Assembly: GCF_964355755.1 (NCBI RefSeq) | Contig: NC_092678.1 | Span: 4,728,422 to 4,792,421 of the forward strand | Reading direction: 5' to 3' | Length of the DNA: 64,000 nt | Source: Antedon mediterranea | Taxonomy: Eukaryota > Animalia > Echinodermata | Shown here: piece by piece, positions 63,956 through 64,000 of the stretch | How positions within the stretch are numbered: position 1 is the first letter of the stretch | Layout: each line of letters opens with the position of its first letter | Made by a program: the position numbers and the translations under genes | The notes under the pieces: model-generated | What the model saw: only the letters and a program-made list of their open reading frames with translations | Databases searched by the model: none | What the model was told of the DNA's origin: nothing

Positions 63956-64000
63956 ATTATAACTTTATTTTGCATATATCATGCATAGAAAGTAATTACA

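Overview
AT-rich animal genomic DNA (intron/exon signals, LINEs and Gypsy elements; probably a marine invertebrate, by inference), almost entirely repeats and pseudogenes. 1-7.5 kb: a decayed Gmr1-type Gypsy (integrase before RT) whose 3' LTR abuts a truncated rhodopsin-family GPCR, followed by GPCR paralogues, one frameshifted only by a (TA)n tract. ~11.6-61.5 kb: a nested segmental triplication (copy A ~11.6-35.6 kb, B ~36.6-49.2 kb, C ~49.2-61.5 kb). It carries intron-flanked Spt6 exon copies, an ankyrin-like/unknown exon, intronless cyclin D-like copies preceded by a 44-bp minisatellite, a Gypsy remnant with PHD-like and TatD-like cargo, and many LINE, Penelope, Helentron-type and Academ-type insertions. 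One young Gypsy (94-bp identical LTRs, 5-bp TSD) sits in copy A, with its empty site visible in copy B. The window ends with a spliced OB-fold (RPA-like) gene fragment. Family assignments come from motif recognition by eye; no database search was run, and boundaries of degraded elements are approximate.
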